The notes: generated from the letters alone by a model not told the origin. Positions 48,021 through 57,723 are shown, counted from the stretch's first letter. The stretch: DNA of 64,000 nucleotides from an uncultured cyanobacterium (GCA_902495705.1 CABUXT010000008.1:2247-66246), one strand, 5' to 3'. Numbers and translations: made by a program.

Positions 48021-48096
48021 CAAGGGAATGGGGAAGTCGGAGGTCAGGAGGGCAAAAAGCCTGCCCTCCTGACCTCTCGCCTTCCGGCCCTCTGCT
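48021..48096. repeat. repeat cluster 7: two purine-rich termini facing each other (14-bp perfect palindrome, no cargo)
   Basis: AGGTCAGGAGGGCA-aaaagcc-TGCCCTCCTGACCT at 48041..48075, between divergent rsmI and rsmD. Confidence 0.8.
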
Positions 48097-48134
48097 ATAA
48101 CCCAAATTCTGCTTTTCATGCTAAAATTCTTGTT

Positions 48135-48662
48135 ATGAATATCACGGCAGGAAAATTCAAGGGTCAAAAAATTATCGCACCGGATGAAAATATCACCCGT
48201 CCGACTTTGTCAAAAGTCCGAATGAGTGTGTTCAACACTCTGCAAGCTATGATTGATTTTGAGGGCGGAAGTTTTCTTGATATGTATGCAGGTTCAGGCA
48301 TAATGGGGCTTGAGGCTCTATCTCGCGGATTTTCTTCAGTTGTTATGATTGAAAAAAACAAAAAAGTCTACAACGTTATCAAATCGAATTTGAAAAAATA
48401 TGAAAAAGACAACGATATAAAACTTTTTCTCGGTGACAGCTTAAAGGTTTGCGAAAAATTTAACAAAAATTTTAACATCGTATACATTGACCCACCGTAT
48501 TTTTCAGGAGTATACGAAAACAGTTTGGCATTGGCTAAAAAAATCTGTGACGGAATTGTGATTTTAGAACATGTTGTTGAATTAGATTTGTCCGAATATG
48601 AAATTCTAAAACAAAAAAAATATGGCGATAAATTTATAACTTTTATCAACGCATCTTACTAA
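48135..48662 (+). CDS. rsmD: 16S rRNA (guanine966-N2)-methyltransferase
   Basis: ITAGKFKGQKI..P....RPT, FLDMYAGSG, and the DPPY motif. Confidence 0.9.
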   Translation: MNITAGKFKGQKIIAPDENITRPTLSKVRMSVFNTLQAMIDFEGGSFLDMYAGSGIMGLEALSRGFSSVVMIEKNKKVYNVIKSNLKKYEKDNDIKLFLGDSLKVCEKFNKNFNIVYIDPPYFSGVYENSLALAKKICDGIVILEHVVELDLSEYEILKQKKYGDKFITFINASY

Positions 48663-48748
48663 TAACTAAACTTAACAATAATAGACGAAAATGCGCTTTT
48701 GCTCTATAATAAATACTGTCATGCCAATTTATATGGGGAATTTTCAAA

Positions 48749-49801
48749 ATGGAAGAAACAAAAAAGCAAAAAGTGTTGTTAATAAAATTGTCATCTTTAG
48801 GGGATGTAATTTTTAATATTCCATTGGCAAATGCACTAAAAGATGCCGGTTATGAGGTGACTTGGCTTGTTTCAGAAAAAGGAATTCAAGTTGTTGAAAA
48901 TAACCCATGCGTAGATAAAGCGATTTTAGCTCCTGTTGGCAGATGGAAAAAACGTGGATTTTCATTAGAAAGCTTTAAAGAATACCTTGCAATCCTAAAA
49001 CAAATTCGTAATGAAAAATTTGATATCGCAATTGATTCTCAAATGATGTTGAAAAGCCTTTACTGGATGTTATTTTGTGGTGCAAAACGCAGAATTATTT
49101 CTAAAGAAGCTCGCGAAATGGCAATTTTAGGCGGTAATGAATGGATTGACGATATTTCTTACGCACCTGATTCTCCAATCGTGCTTAATTATTTGAGATA
49201 TGCAAATTATCTCGGCATAAAACCTGAATCTATCAAGGTTTCACTACCTGCAAGAAGTGAAGAACAAATCGCAAAAATTGATGAACTTTTGTCAGGTTTA
49301 GATAAATCAAAACCGCTTGTTGTTATTGCACCTGCAACAACTTGGGTAAACAAACACTGGAATCGAGACAATTGGAAAATCGTTGTTGATAATTTGGCAA
49401 GTTCTTGCAACCTTGTATTCACAGGCGGACCAAATGATAATGAATTGATTGAATATATCAGCGGCGGAAAATTTTTAAATTTGGCAGGAAAAACCGATAT
49501 TATGGAACTGATGGAAGTTTTTTCAAGAGCAAACCTTGTTATGGCACCTGATAGCGGTAGTGCACATTTAGCTTGGGCTACAGGGAATCCTGCCGTTGTA
49601 ACTATTTTTACCTGCACACCAAAAGATGTTTTAGCTCCATTTGGCGCAAGTGACAAATATGTAGCAATGGGCGGTTGCGGTTTGCCATGCCAGCCATGTT
49701 TCAAACGAAAATGTAAACTTCACAAAAACCCTAACGCATGTACAAATTTCCCTAATCCGAAAGATGTGGTTGATGTTGTTACTCACTTGATATTTTCTTA
49801 A
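48749..49801 (+). CDS. glycosyltransferase family 9 (LPS heptosyltransferase-like)
   Basis: LIKLSSLGDVIFNIPLANALK N-terminus and DSGSAHLA C-terminal motif typical of GT9. Confidence 0.85.
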   Translation: MEETKKQKVLLIKLSSLGDVIFNIPLANALKDAGYEVTWLVSEKGIQVVENNPCVDKAILAPVGRWKKRGFSLESFKEYLAILKQIRNEKFDIAIDSQMMLKSLYWMLFCGAKRRIISKEAREMAILGGNEWIDDISYAPDSPIVLNYLRYANYLGIKPESIKVSLPARSEEQIAKIDELLSGLDKSKPLVVIAPATTWVNKHWNRDNWKIVVDNLASSCNLVFTGGPNDNELIEYISGGKFLNLAGKTDIMELMEVFSRANLVMAPDSGSAHLAWATGNPAVVTIFTCTPKDVLAPFGASDKYVAMGGCGLPCQPCFKRKCKLHKNPNACTNFPNPKDVVDVVTHLIFS

Positions 49802-49852
49802 AAAAGTATTATAATTATATATCATATTCATATATTGCAAAAAAGGGTATCC

Positions 49853-51760
49853 ATGGGTTTATTTGATAAATTTAAGGAAGTTACAAAAAAAGTTTCTGAA
49901 GTCGAAAATAACATTTACCATGAAAAGCGCGGTTATTTAGAGATTTACGAAAGAAATATTGAATTAGAGCGCGAAATCGCCGAACGTACGGAAGAATTGA
50001 ACGACGCTAATAAACGTATGTTCACCTTGCAGCACATTTGGGATATGATGAACTCTTCCACTCCGCTGGAAAATGTATTGGAAGCCATTGTAAACAGTAC
50101 CCAAGGCGAACTTGGTTATATGCATTGTGCGATTATCAGCAAAAACGAAGATGAAGACGGTGAATATTTGCATGTTATGGCTCAATCAAATGACGGTTTG
50201 ATTGACAGATTGAATAACATTATCGGCTCTCCGGGGATTCAAACTCGACGTTTACATTATTCTCCTGAAAGCGTTTTCGCTGACACAATGAAACAGCGCA
50301 CAATTATTCAAACCAAAGCAATTGATTTGTCTTTGAAGTCAGTTTTGCCTGATTTGCCACCGGAAACTGTTCAAAAAGTTATCACAAATCAACCGATAAA
50401 ATCTGTTATCGTAGTACCATTAGTAGCTCAGAAAAAAGAATTTGGCTGGTTCTGCGTATTTTCATCTCGAGAAGAACTTGCAGGAGCTGAAATGGACTTT
50501 TTGGGCTTGTTTGCAAAACAAATTGAAATGGCAATCACTATTGCCGATTTGTTCCAAGCAGTGCGCGAACAGGCTGTAACAGATGCTCTGACAGGTTTAT
50601 ATAACAGAAGATATTTTGAAGAAGCTTTGGAAAAAGAAGTTCAGCGTGCAAAACGTCAAAATCAACCATTCTCAATTATCGGAATTGATTTGGACTTTTT
50701 GAAAAAAATCAACGATACTTACGGTCACAATTTCGGCGACTTGGCGATTAAAACAATTGCAGATGTACTGAAATCAAATGCTCGTTCTGTCGATATTCCT
50801 GCTCGTATGGGCGGTGAAGAATTTAACGTCTTACTTCCGGGGATTACTTCAGAAGGTGCAATGATTGCGGCAGAAAGAATCCGTAAATCTATCGAAAGTG
50901 CCGAAATTGACACAATCGGACATATCACAGGAAGTTTAGGTGTTGCAACTTATTTAGAACAAAGTGACAATGTCGAAGAGTTGTTAGAGTTGACAGACCA
51001 AGCAATGTACACTTCAAAACGCAACGGCAGAAACCGAGTTACACTGGCAAAACCTGTATCTGAAACTTATTGGCAAGAGATTGCAGTCAATACATTCCTT
51101 GATATTTTGTCAAAAAATCGTATTCCAAAAGCAAGAAGTTTGTCAAAAGAATTGTGCCTCAAACTCAAAGCTCCTGCTAACAAAGATGAAGTCTCAAAAG
51201 AAGCTTTGTATACCGTTGCAGATATGTTGACAAAATTGTACAACCCAATGCATACCCCCGGGGTAATTAAAAACAAAGTCCTTATGGCAGTGAGCCTTGC
51301 AAAACGTTTTGATATTCCAAAAGAAGATATTGACAACCTGAGAGTCGCAGTTTTGCTCTATGATATTGGTAACTTGATGCTCCCTGATGATATTTTGCAA
51401 AAAGCAACTCCACTGACTGATGAAGAACGCGAAAAAATCAAACATCACCCTGTCATTGCAGCAAGAGATATTTTGAAACCGATTTCATATATTCAAGATG
51501 TTTTGCCTATAATTGAACACCACCACGAAAACTGGGATGGTTCAGGTTATCCGAACAAAATGTCAAAAAATGAAATTCCGTTGACATCACAAATTATTCT
51601 TATTATTGATGAATATTTTGCCCTAATTGAACAAAGACCATACCGTGCTAAGCTTTCAAGCAAAGATGCTTTAGAAATTATAAAAGCTGATGCAGGCAAA
51701 AAATGGAACGAAAATTTGGTAAAAGAATTTATTTCCCTGATTGAGCATGATATAGTTTAG
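49853..51760 (+). CDS. GAF-like sensor / GGDEF diguanylate cyclase / HD-GYP phosphodiesterase fusion
   Basis: DALTGLYNRR and RMGGEEF (intact GGEEF). HD-GYP part YDIGN...HHHENWDGSGYP. ATG at 49853 preferred over the TTG at 49835. Confidence 0.88.
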   Translation: MGLFDKFKEVTKKVSEVENNIYHEKRGYLEIYERNIELEREIAERTEELNDANKRMFTLQHIWDMMNSSTPLENVLEAIVNSTQGELGYMHCAIISKNEDEDGEYLHVMAQSNDGLIDRLNNIIGSPGIQTRRLHYSPESVFADTMKQRTIIQTKAIDLSLKSVLPDLPPETVQKVITNQPIKSVIVVPLVAQKKEFGWFCVFSSREELAGAEMDFLGLFAKQIEMAITIADLFQAVREQAVTDALTGLYNRRYFEEALEKEVQRAKRQNQPFSIIGIDLDFLKKINDTYGHNFGDLAIKTIADVLKSNARSVDIPARMGGEEFNVLLPGITSEGAMIAAERIRKSIESAEIDTIGHITGSLGVATYLEQSDNVEELLELTDQAMYTSKRNGRNRVTLAKPVSETYWQEIAVNTFLDILSKNRIPKARSLSKELCLKLKAPANKDEVSKEALYTVADMLTKLYNPMHTPGVIKNKVLMAVSLAKRFDIPKEDIDNLRVAVLLYDIGNLMLPDDILQKATPLTDEEREKIKHHPVIAARDILKPISYIQDVLPIIEHHHENWDGSGYPNKMSKNEIPLTSQIILIIDEYFALIEQRPYRAKLSSKDALEIIKADAGKKWNENLVKEFISLIEHDIV

Positions 51761-51765
51761 ATATT

Positions 51766-52686
51766 ATGAGGGAAAAAGATTTTATATCCATAATAAAAGA
51801 AACGCTCAATTCAAAATATATCGGCGATGATTGCGCGTACTTGGATGATTTGGGTATTGTCGTAACTCAAGACAGCTTGGTCGAAGGGGTACATTTTTTG
51901 TCAGACAAAATTACACCGTTTCAACTTGGTTATAAGTCTGTAATGGTGAATGTTTCAGATGTTGTGGCAAGCGGTGCCGAGCCTAAATACTTGACGATTG
52001 CTCTTTCTCTTCCTTCTGATATTGATGAAAACTTTGTCAAAGAGTTTTATCAAGGATGCAAATGCGCATGTGGTGAGGATATCAAGATTGTTGGCGGTGA
52101 TATCACAGGGGCAGACAAAATCTTTGTTTCAGTTTGCGCAATCGGTTCAACTGTAGGACGAAAAATTTCGTCAAGAAAAAATGCGAAAATCGGCTATAAA
52201 GTTGTTGTTGCAGGAAATCACGGTTCTTCTGCAATCGGTTTGCAGTTGCTTTTAAATGGGAAAAATACTCCTGAAAAGTTAATCAAAGCGCACCTTGAAC
52301 CTTGCGCCCAAATTGAATTCGGACAATATATCGGCAAAAATATAAAACAAGATTACGGAATGATGGACACCTCAGATGGACTTATGGATGCACTTTCAAC
52401 TATTGCAAATGAAAGCGGTGTCTTGCTTAACATTGATTTTGGCAAAATTCCTCATGACAAAGGAATCGAAAACTTTGACAATTGGCAAAATTTTGTTCTC
52501 TATGGTGGCGAAGATTATGGCATTGTTGCAGTTGTGCCAAATGATTTTGAATGTCCGTACGGCAAGGTTATAGGGCAAGCAAAAGAAGGTTTAGGGGTTG
52601 ATTTGCATTACCAAAATCAACTTATGCATTTGACGAAAAAAGATGTTGAAAATAAAGTATTTTCGCATTTCAAGGAGAATTTATGA
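51766..52686 (+). CDS. thiL: thiamine-monophosphate kinase
   Basis: IGDDCAYL, VNVSDVVASGA, and MMDTSDGL motifs of AIR-synthase-like ThiL. Confidence 0.88.
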   Translation: MREKDFISIIKETLNSKYIGDDCAYLDDLGIVVTQDSLVEGVHFLSDKITPFQLGYKSVMVNVSDVVASGAEPKYLTIALSLPSDIDENFVKEFYQGCKCACGEDIKIVGGDITGADKIFVSVCAIGSTVGRKISSRKNAKIGYKVVVAGNHGSSAIGLQLLLNGKNTPEKLIKAHLEPCAQIEFGQYIGKNIKQDYGMMDTSDGLMDALSTIANESGVLLNIDFGKIPHDKGIENFDNWQNFVLYGGEDYGIVAVVPNDFECPYGKVIGQAKEGLGVDLHYQNQLMHLTKKDVENKVFSHFKENL

Positions 52687-53342
52687 AATACAGCGCAATA
52701 ATAACGGCAGGCGGAACCTCATCAAGATTTGGAAACACTAACAAACTGTTAGAAAAAATTTATGGCAAAGAAATTATTAAATACACGGTTGACGCCTTTG
52801 TAAAGGCAAATATTAATGAAATTATTATTTGCGCAAACGAGTCAATTATTTCTCTGTTGGGAAAAATTTTTACGGATTATCAGAACGTAAAAATAATCCG
52901 AGGCGGAAATTCTCGTCAAGAATCTGTTTATAACGGCTTGCAGGTTGTAACAGGTGATTATGCGCTGATACATGACGGCGCGCGCCCAATGATTACACCT
53001 GAAATTATCAAAAACGTTATGAACGAAGTTGTGACAAAAAAAGCAATTTCTGTTATGACAAAAACTGTCGACACAATAAAAGAAGTTGATGAAAACGGCA
53101 AAATAATCAGAACAATTGACCGTTCAAAACTCTACAACACCCAGACTCCACAAGCATTTGAAACATCACTGATTAAAAATGTGCATGACAAACTAAAAGG
53201 ACAAACCTATACTGATGATGCCGGCATGGTCGAGGCGATGGGAATTGATGTGTATGTAGTTAATGGGGATTATAAAAATATAAAAGTCACCACCAAATCC
53301 GATTTAGCCTTGGCGGAAGTGTATTTGAGAGAAAATTCGTAG
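52683..53342 (+). CDS. ispD: 2-C-methyl-D-erythritol 4-phosphate cytidylyltransferase
   Basis: AIITAGGTSSRFG, IHDGARP, and TPQAF motifs. ATGA overlap with thiL. Confidence 0.92.
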   Translation: MKYSAIITAGGTSSRFGNTNKLLEKIYGKEIIKYTVDAFVKANINEIIICANESIISLLGKIFTDYQNVKIIRGGNSRQESVYNGLQVVTGDYALIHDGARPMITPEIIKNVMNEVVTKKAISVMTKTVDTIKEVDENGKIIRTIDRSKLYNTQTPQAFETSLIKNVHDKLKGQTYTDDAGMVEAMGIDVYVVNGDYKNIKVTTKSDLALAEVYLRENS

Positions 53343-53350
53343 GATTGTGG

Positions 53351-53725
53351 ACTGGCAGGAAGGCAAGAGGGCAGGCTTTAAAAACATCCTCGCCCCTTGT
53401 GGGAGAGGAATGAGGAGAGGGGGTCAAAGACGTGCATATATCTTTGCATTGTTTGAACCTTCAATCAGCTACTTCCTTCATGTCATTCTGAAAGCTTAGA
53501 AAATTTGTGTGAAGTATGAACACATAATTTTCTTGCTATTCAGAATCTCTAACTGAACAAACCCTCACCCATCCCTCTCCCACGGAGAGGGTATATTGTC
53601 ACCCTGAATTTATTTCAGGGTCTCCAATATTACAAATTTCGTATAAGACTAATATGTTCAATTTAAGATGCTGAAACAAGTTCAGCATGACAATATCCTT
53701 CTTGTCATCACTCCGCCAAAACCCA
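53351..53725. repeat. repeat cluster 8 (G-rich terminus, GC-rich hairpins, module C, module F, degenerate C-rich terminus)
   Basis: GGCAGGAAGGCAAGAGGGCAGGCTTTAAAAA. Module C 53482..53558, module F 53598..53691. Confidence 0.85.
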
Positions 53726-53735
53726 AAGGCAAAAA

Positions 53736-53951
53736 CTACTTACTCAAATCAATAAACTCTAAACTATAATCCAAAATTTTGGCAATGTATTGAGCCTCTT
53801 TGAGCGAAAGGCTCTCTCTGTTTAATTTTCCCAAAAGGCTGTTGTATGAATAGTTTTCACCGGTTATTTCACTCAGTTTTACCGCTAGGTTTTTGAGCGT
53901 TGTACCCCTTGAGACCGCTAACATTTTTATTTTTGCCTTAATTGTATTCAT
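53736..53951 (-). CDS. small XRE-like HTH protein
   Basis: 71 aa from the ATG at 53951. TLKNLAVKLSEITGENYSYNSLLGKL is HTH-like. Divergent from the pilin-like gene. Confidence 0.55.
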   Translation of the reverse strand: MNTIKAKIKMLAVSRGTTLKNLAVKLSEITGENYSYNSLLGKLNRESLSLKEAQYIAKILDYSLEFIDLSK

Positions 53952-54002
53952 AATAGACCAATTATATATTTTATTGACTTTTAATAGTAAATAATTTATA
54001 GT

Positions 54003-54044
54003 TATATTCATATATGATAATTGATATTCGTATATGAATATAAT
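54003..54044. promoter_or_regulatory. perfect 12-bp inverted repeat overlapping a TATAAT box, between the XRE-like and pilin-like genes
   Basis: TATATTCATATA (54003..54014) and TATATGAATATA (54031..54042). TATAAT at 54039..54044, 22 nt before the ATG at 54066. Confidence 0.35.
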
Positions 54045-54065
54045 CACGAAAGGTTAAGGTATAAA

Positions 54066-54869
54066 ATGGTCTGGTCAGATAAAAATTTCGGCTCAAAATT
54101 CACAGATATTGCAACACGTAGAAATAGACAAACAACAAAATTTGGTTTTACGGTTAGCAAAGAAGAGCGTTACGCACGACCAACCAAAATAAAATTTGCG
54201 TTTACGTTGGCGGAGGTTTTAATCACACTTGGAATAATCGGAATTGTTGCAGCAATGACAATTCCAACATTGATTACAAATTATCAAAAACATATCACCG
54301 TAACCAAACTCCAAAAGGCAATATCTGTACTGAATCAGGCATATAAATTATCCTATGATGATGTAGGCGAACCATCGGCATCAGAAGCTTTCGCAATGGG
54401 TGCAGAAGACTATTTTAAAAAATATTGGGCGCCGTATATAAAATCTGCTATCATTTGTACAACTCCGCAAATGTGTGGCTACAAGACCAATACCCCATGG
54501 AAAATGGCTAATGGAAATCAGGTAACAACTGTTGCTACCAGCCCAACTATGCGAACAACTTTTTATACCCCTGACGGATTTTTGTATGTTATTTTCACCG
54601 GTGGTGGATCTTCTCAAACCGAATCCGGCTATACTGATAGAAGATGGGTTTATGTTGATATAAATGGTGGAGAAGGTCCAAATATTTATGGACGAGATTT
54701 ATTTGAATTGACTCGTATTGAAAAAGATGGTGGCGGAATCCAGCCACAGGGTTTTGATTTAGATTCTGCAGTGATTAATAAAAGTTGTTCTAAGAAAAGC
54801 GCTGGAAATTTATGTGCCGAAAAAATCCGCCGTGCAGGTTGGAATATTGAAAAAGATTACCCATGGTAA
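54066..54869 (+). CDS. pilin/pseudopilin-like protein with long leader
   Basis: KIKFA|FTLAEVLITLGIIGIVAAMTIP class III signal about 50 residues from the ATG, preceded by a degenerate copy TKFGFTVSKE. C-terminus CAEKIRRAGWNIEKDYPW is shared with 61315..62082. Confidence 0.8.
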   Translation: MVWSDKNFGSKFTDIATRRNRQTTKFGFTVSKEERYARPTKIKFAFTLAEVLITLGIIGIVAAMTIPTLITNYQKHITVTKLQKAISVLNQAYKLSYDDVGEPSASEAFAMGAEDYFKKYWAPYIKSAIICTTPQMCGYKTNTPWKMANGNQVTTVATSPTMRTTFYTPDGFLYVIFTGGGSSQTESGYTDRRWVYVDINGGEGPNIYGRDLFELTRIEKDGGGIQPQGFDLDSAVINKSCSKKSAGNLCAEKIRRAGWNIEKDYPW

Positions 54870-54870
54870 T

Positions 54871-55009
54871 GGAACGTGGCTCAGAAGGCAAGTTAATATT
54901 GTAGGTCGGCATTGCTATGCCGACAAAGTTTACATGTCTACGAATGGAACAGAATAATCATAAGACTAACAGGGTTCAATTTGAGATGCTGAAACAAGTT
55001 CAGCATGAC
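54871..55009. repeat. repeat cluster 9 (short G-rich terminus, GTCGGCATTGCTATGCCGAC hairpin, 3' half of module F)
   Basis: Starts 2 nt after the pilin-like stop. The same junction sequence GGCTCAGAAGGCAAG...TTAATATTGTAGGTCGGC follows the paralogue at 61315. Confidence 0.8.
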
Positions 55010-55040
55010 ACGATACTTTAGCTTTATCAAAGCGTTCATT

Positions 55041-55071
55041 AAAAAAGAGCCTTTTACAAAGGCTCTTTTTT
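55041..55071. terminator. bidirectional terminator between the pilin-like gene/repeat cluster and leuS
   Basis: AAAAAAGAGCC-ttttacaaa-GGCTCTTTTTT, with A-run and T-run flanks. Confidence 0.8.
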
Positions 55072-55076
55072 GTTGA

Positions 55077-57560
55077 TTATTTAACAACGATATTAACCAA
55101 TTTCTTCGGTACAACAATCGTTTTAACTATCGTCTTGCCATCTGTCAGGGCTTTGATTTTCGGACTTTCAAGAGCAACTTTTTTCATTTCCTCTTGGTCT
55201 AATCCTTCATCAACTTCAATTCTGTCTTTAACTTTGCCGTTTACTTGGACAACCAAAGTTATTGAACTTGATTTAGCAAGATTTTCATCCCACTTGCACC
55301 AAGGCTCATCGTGGATTGAAGTCTTTCCGCCCAAATCGTGCCAAGCTTCTTCTGTCAAGTGAACTGCTACAGGAGACATAAGTTTTAAAAGTGATACAAT
55401 TGCAAAACTTAAAACTTGTTTGTCTTCGTCAGTCAAGTCAGATTTCTTAGCTTGCCAATCATAGATTGCATTGGTAAGTTCTCTGTATTTAGAAATTACC
55501 GTGTTGAATTGGAAATCGTTTGAGATATCATTTGTGATACCTTTGATTGCAATGTGAACGGTTCTTACTAAATCATCGTTTTCCTTAGCCAATGGAAATT
55601 TCAAGTCATAATCAAGTTTGATATTATTTTGATTTGTTGAAACCAATCTCCAAACTCTGTTTAAGAATTTGTAGCAACCTTCAACACCTGCATCTGACCA
55701 GTCAAAGTCTCTAGCCGGTGGTGAATCTGAAAGGATGAACAACCTTGCTGTATCTGCTCCGTAGTTTTCAAATATTTCATCAGGGTCAACAGTGTTGCCT
55801 TTAGATTTTGACATTTTTGAACCGTCTTTCAATACCATACCTTGAGTCAACAAGTTTTTAAACGGTTCGTCAAAATCAAGCAAACCGCAATCTCTCAATG
55901 CTTTTGTGAAGAATCGAGAATACAACAAGTGTAAAATTGCGTGCTCAATACCGCCAACATATTGGTCAACAGGTAACCAGTGATTTACTTTGTCTCTGTC
56001 AAAACATTTTTCTGAATTTCTTGCATCTGAATATCTCAAATAATACCAGCTTGAACATACAAATGTATCCATTGTATCTGTTTCACGAACTGCGTGTCCG
56101 CCACAAACAGGACAAACTGTATCTTTGAAAGTCTTAGATGTTGTAATTGGTGATTTGCCAACTACCGAGAAATCAACATCTTTTGGCAATAATACCGGCA
56201 ATTGGTCTTCCGGCACAGGTTGAATACCGCATTTGTCGCAGTATACAACAGGGATTGGAGCGCCCCAATATCTTTGACGAGAAATTAACCAATCACGTAG
56301 TCTGTATTGAGTTTTAAATTCTCCAAAACCTTTGTCTACAGCCCATTTAGTGATAGCTTTTTTAGCCTCGTTGTTTTTCATTCCGTCAAATTCGCCTGAA
56401 TTTACCAAAACACCTGAGTCTGTATAAGCCTCTGTTAAAGGTTCTTTCATGTCTTTGCCTGAAATTACAACCTTCATTGGAAGATTATATTTTTTAGCAA
56501 AAGCAAAGTCTCTTGTATCGTGTGTAGGAACTGCCATTACTGCACCTGTTCCGTATTCAACAAGAGCATAATCTGCTGTCCATAATGGGAAAATTTCGCC
56601 ATTGAACGGGTTTTTGCAGTGAGTTCCTAATGGAACACCTGTTTTTACTCTGTCTGTAGAAAGTCTTTCAATTTCAGACATTTTGCGAGCGTTTGCTCTA
56701 TAATCTTCAACCGCTTGTTTGTTTTCTGGCGTTGTAAGTTTTTCAATATCTTTGTACTCAGGTGCTACAACCAAATAAGTGATACCAAACACGGTGTCAG
56801 GTCTTGTTGTATAAACAGGAACTTCCATTTTTTCACCGTTTGGTGCATCAATTACAGGGAATTTGAAAATAGCACCTTTAGATTTGCCAATCCAGTTTGC
56901 TTGCATTGTTTTTACATTGTCGCCCCAGCCAGGGAGTTTATCCAAATCTTCAAGCAACACGTCAGCGTATTCTGTAATTTTGATGAACCATTGAGACAAA
57001 TATTTTTTCTCAACAGTGCTGTCACATCTCCAGCATTTGCCATCAATTACTTGTTCGTTTGCCAAAACTGTGCCACATTCGTTACACCAGTTTACGGCAG
57101 CCTCTTTTTTGTATACCAAACCTTTTTTGTACAATTGTAGGAACAACCACTGAGTCCATTTGTAGTATTCAGGTTTGCATGTTGTAACTTCCCTATCCCA
57201 ATCGTAAGAAAGACCCAACATTTTTAATTGTTTTGTCATATATGCAATGTTTTCATCTGTCCATGTTTCAGGGTCAGCGTGGTGTTTCATTGCAGCATTT
57301 TCTGCAGGAAGTCCGAAACTGTCCCATCCTATCGGATGTAAAACATTGAAACCGTTTGCCTTCTTGAATCTTGCAATGACGTCAGTAATTGTGTAATTTC
57401 TAACGTGTCCCATGTGCAATTTTCCTGAAGGATACGGAAACATTGATAGAGCATAATATTTTGGCTTGTCAGAAACATCAGGAGTTTTGAACGCTTTTGT
57501 TTCTTCCCAAATATTTTGCCATTTTTTTTCTATTTCTTGTGGAAAATAACTTTCTTTCAT
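55077..57560 (-). CDS. leuS: leucine--tRNA ligase
   Basis: HMGHVRNY (HIGH) and KMSKSKGN (KMSKS). Start at the ATG at 57560 (MKESYFPQEIEKKWQ). Confidence 0.98.
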   Translation of the reverse strand: MKESYFPQEIEKKWQNIWEETKAFKTPDVSDKPKYYALSMFPYPSGKLHMGHVRNYTITDVIARFKKANGFNVLHPIGWDSFGLPAENAAMKHHADPETWTDENIAYMTKQLKMLGLSYDWDREVTTCKPEYYKWTQWLFLQLYKKGLVYKKEAAVNWCNECGTVLANEQVIDGKCWRCDSTVEKKYLSQWFIKITEYADVLLEDLDKLPGWGDNVKTMQANWIGKSKGAIFKFPVIDAPNGEKMEVPVYTTRPDTVFGITYLVVAPEYKDIEKLTTPENKQAVEDYRANARKMSEIERLSTDRVKTGVPLGTHCKNPFNGEIFPLWTADYALVEYGTGAVMAVPTHDTRDFAFAKKYNLPMKVVISGKDMKEPLTEAYTDSGVLVNSGEFDGMKNNEAKKAITKWAVDKGFGEFKTQYRLRDWLISRQRYWGAPIPVVYCDKCGIQPVPEDQLPVLLPKDVDFSVVGKSPITTSKTFKDTVCPVCGGHAVRETDTMDTFVCSSWYYLRYSDARNSEKCFDRDKVNHWLPVDQYVGGIEHAILHLLYSRFFTKALRDCGLLDFDEPFKNLLTQGMVLKDGSKMSKSKGNTVDPDEIFENYGADTARLFILSDSPPARDFDWSDAGVEGCYKFLNRVWRLVSTNQNNIKLDYDLKFPLAKENDDLVRTVHIAIKGITNDISNDFQFNTVISKYRELTNAIYDWQAKKSDLTDEDKQVLSFAIVSLLKLMSPVAVHLTEEAWHDLGGKTSIHDEPWCKWDENLAKSSSITLVVQVNGKVKDRIEVDEGLDQEEMKKVALESPKIKALTDGKTIVKTIVVPKKLVNIVVK

Positions 57561-57615
57561 ATTCTTCTTACTCCGTTTATCCTCAAAATAAGTATAGCAT
57601 AAAAGGATAATTAAT

Positions 57616-57648
57616 AAAAACAAAGTCAGTGTATACGCACTGACTTTG
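57616..57648 (-). terminator. terminator of the small exported-protein gene, upstream of leuS
   Basis: CAAAGTCAGTG-tatacg-CACTGACTTTG. A T-run follows on the minus strand. Confidence 0.65.
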
Positions 57649-57649
57649 T

Positions 57650-57722
57650 TTTACTAATTGTGTTCCTTCCCCTCCACTTGCGTGAAGACTGCGTGCCGAA
57701 TGGCTGAGGGAAAATTGTATAT
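57650..57722. repeat. repeat fragment sharing a 24-nt GC-rich core with cluster 6
   Basis: GACTGCGTGCCGAATGGCTGAGGG (57687..57710) vs 41869..41892, 23 of 24 identical. Confidence 0.7.
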
Positions 57723-57723
57723 C

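Noticed and set aside
47985-48167. ORF 47985..48167 (minus)
   Set aside because: It spans the G-rich palindrome and the rsmD start region, is only 60 aa, and has no SD or motif.
57561-57623. T-box or other leader riboswitch upstream of leuS
   Set aside because: Only about 60 nt separate the corrected start from the upstream terminator hairpin. That is too short for a T-box, and no specifier or T-box sequence was seen.
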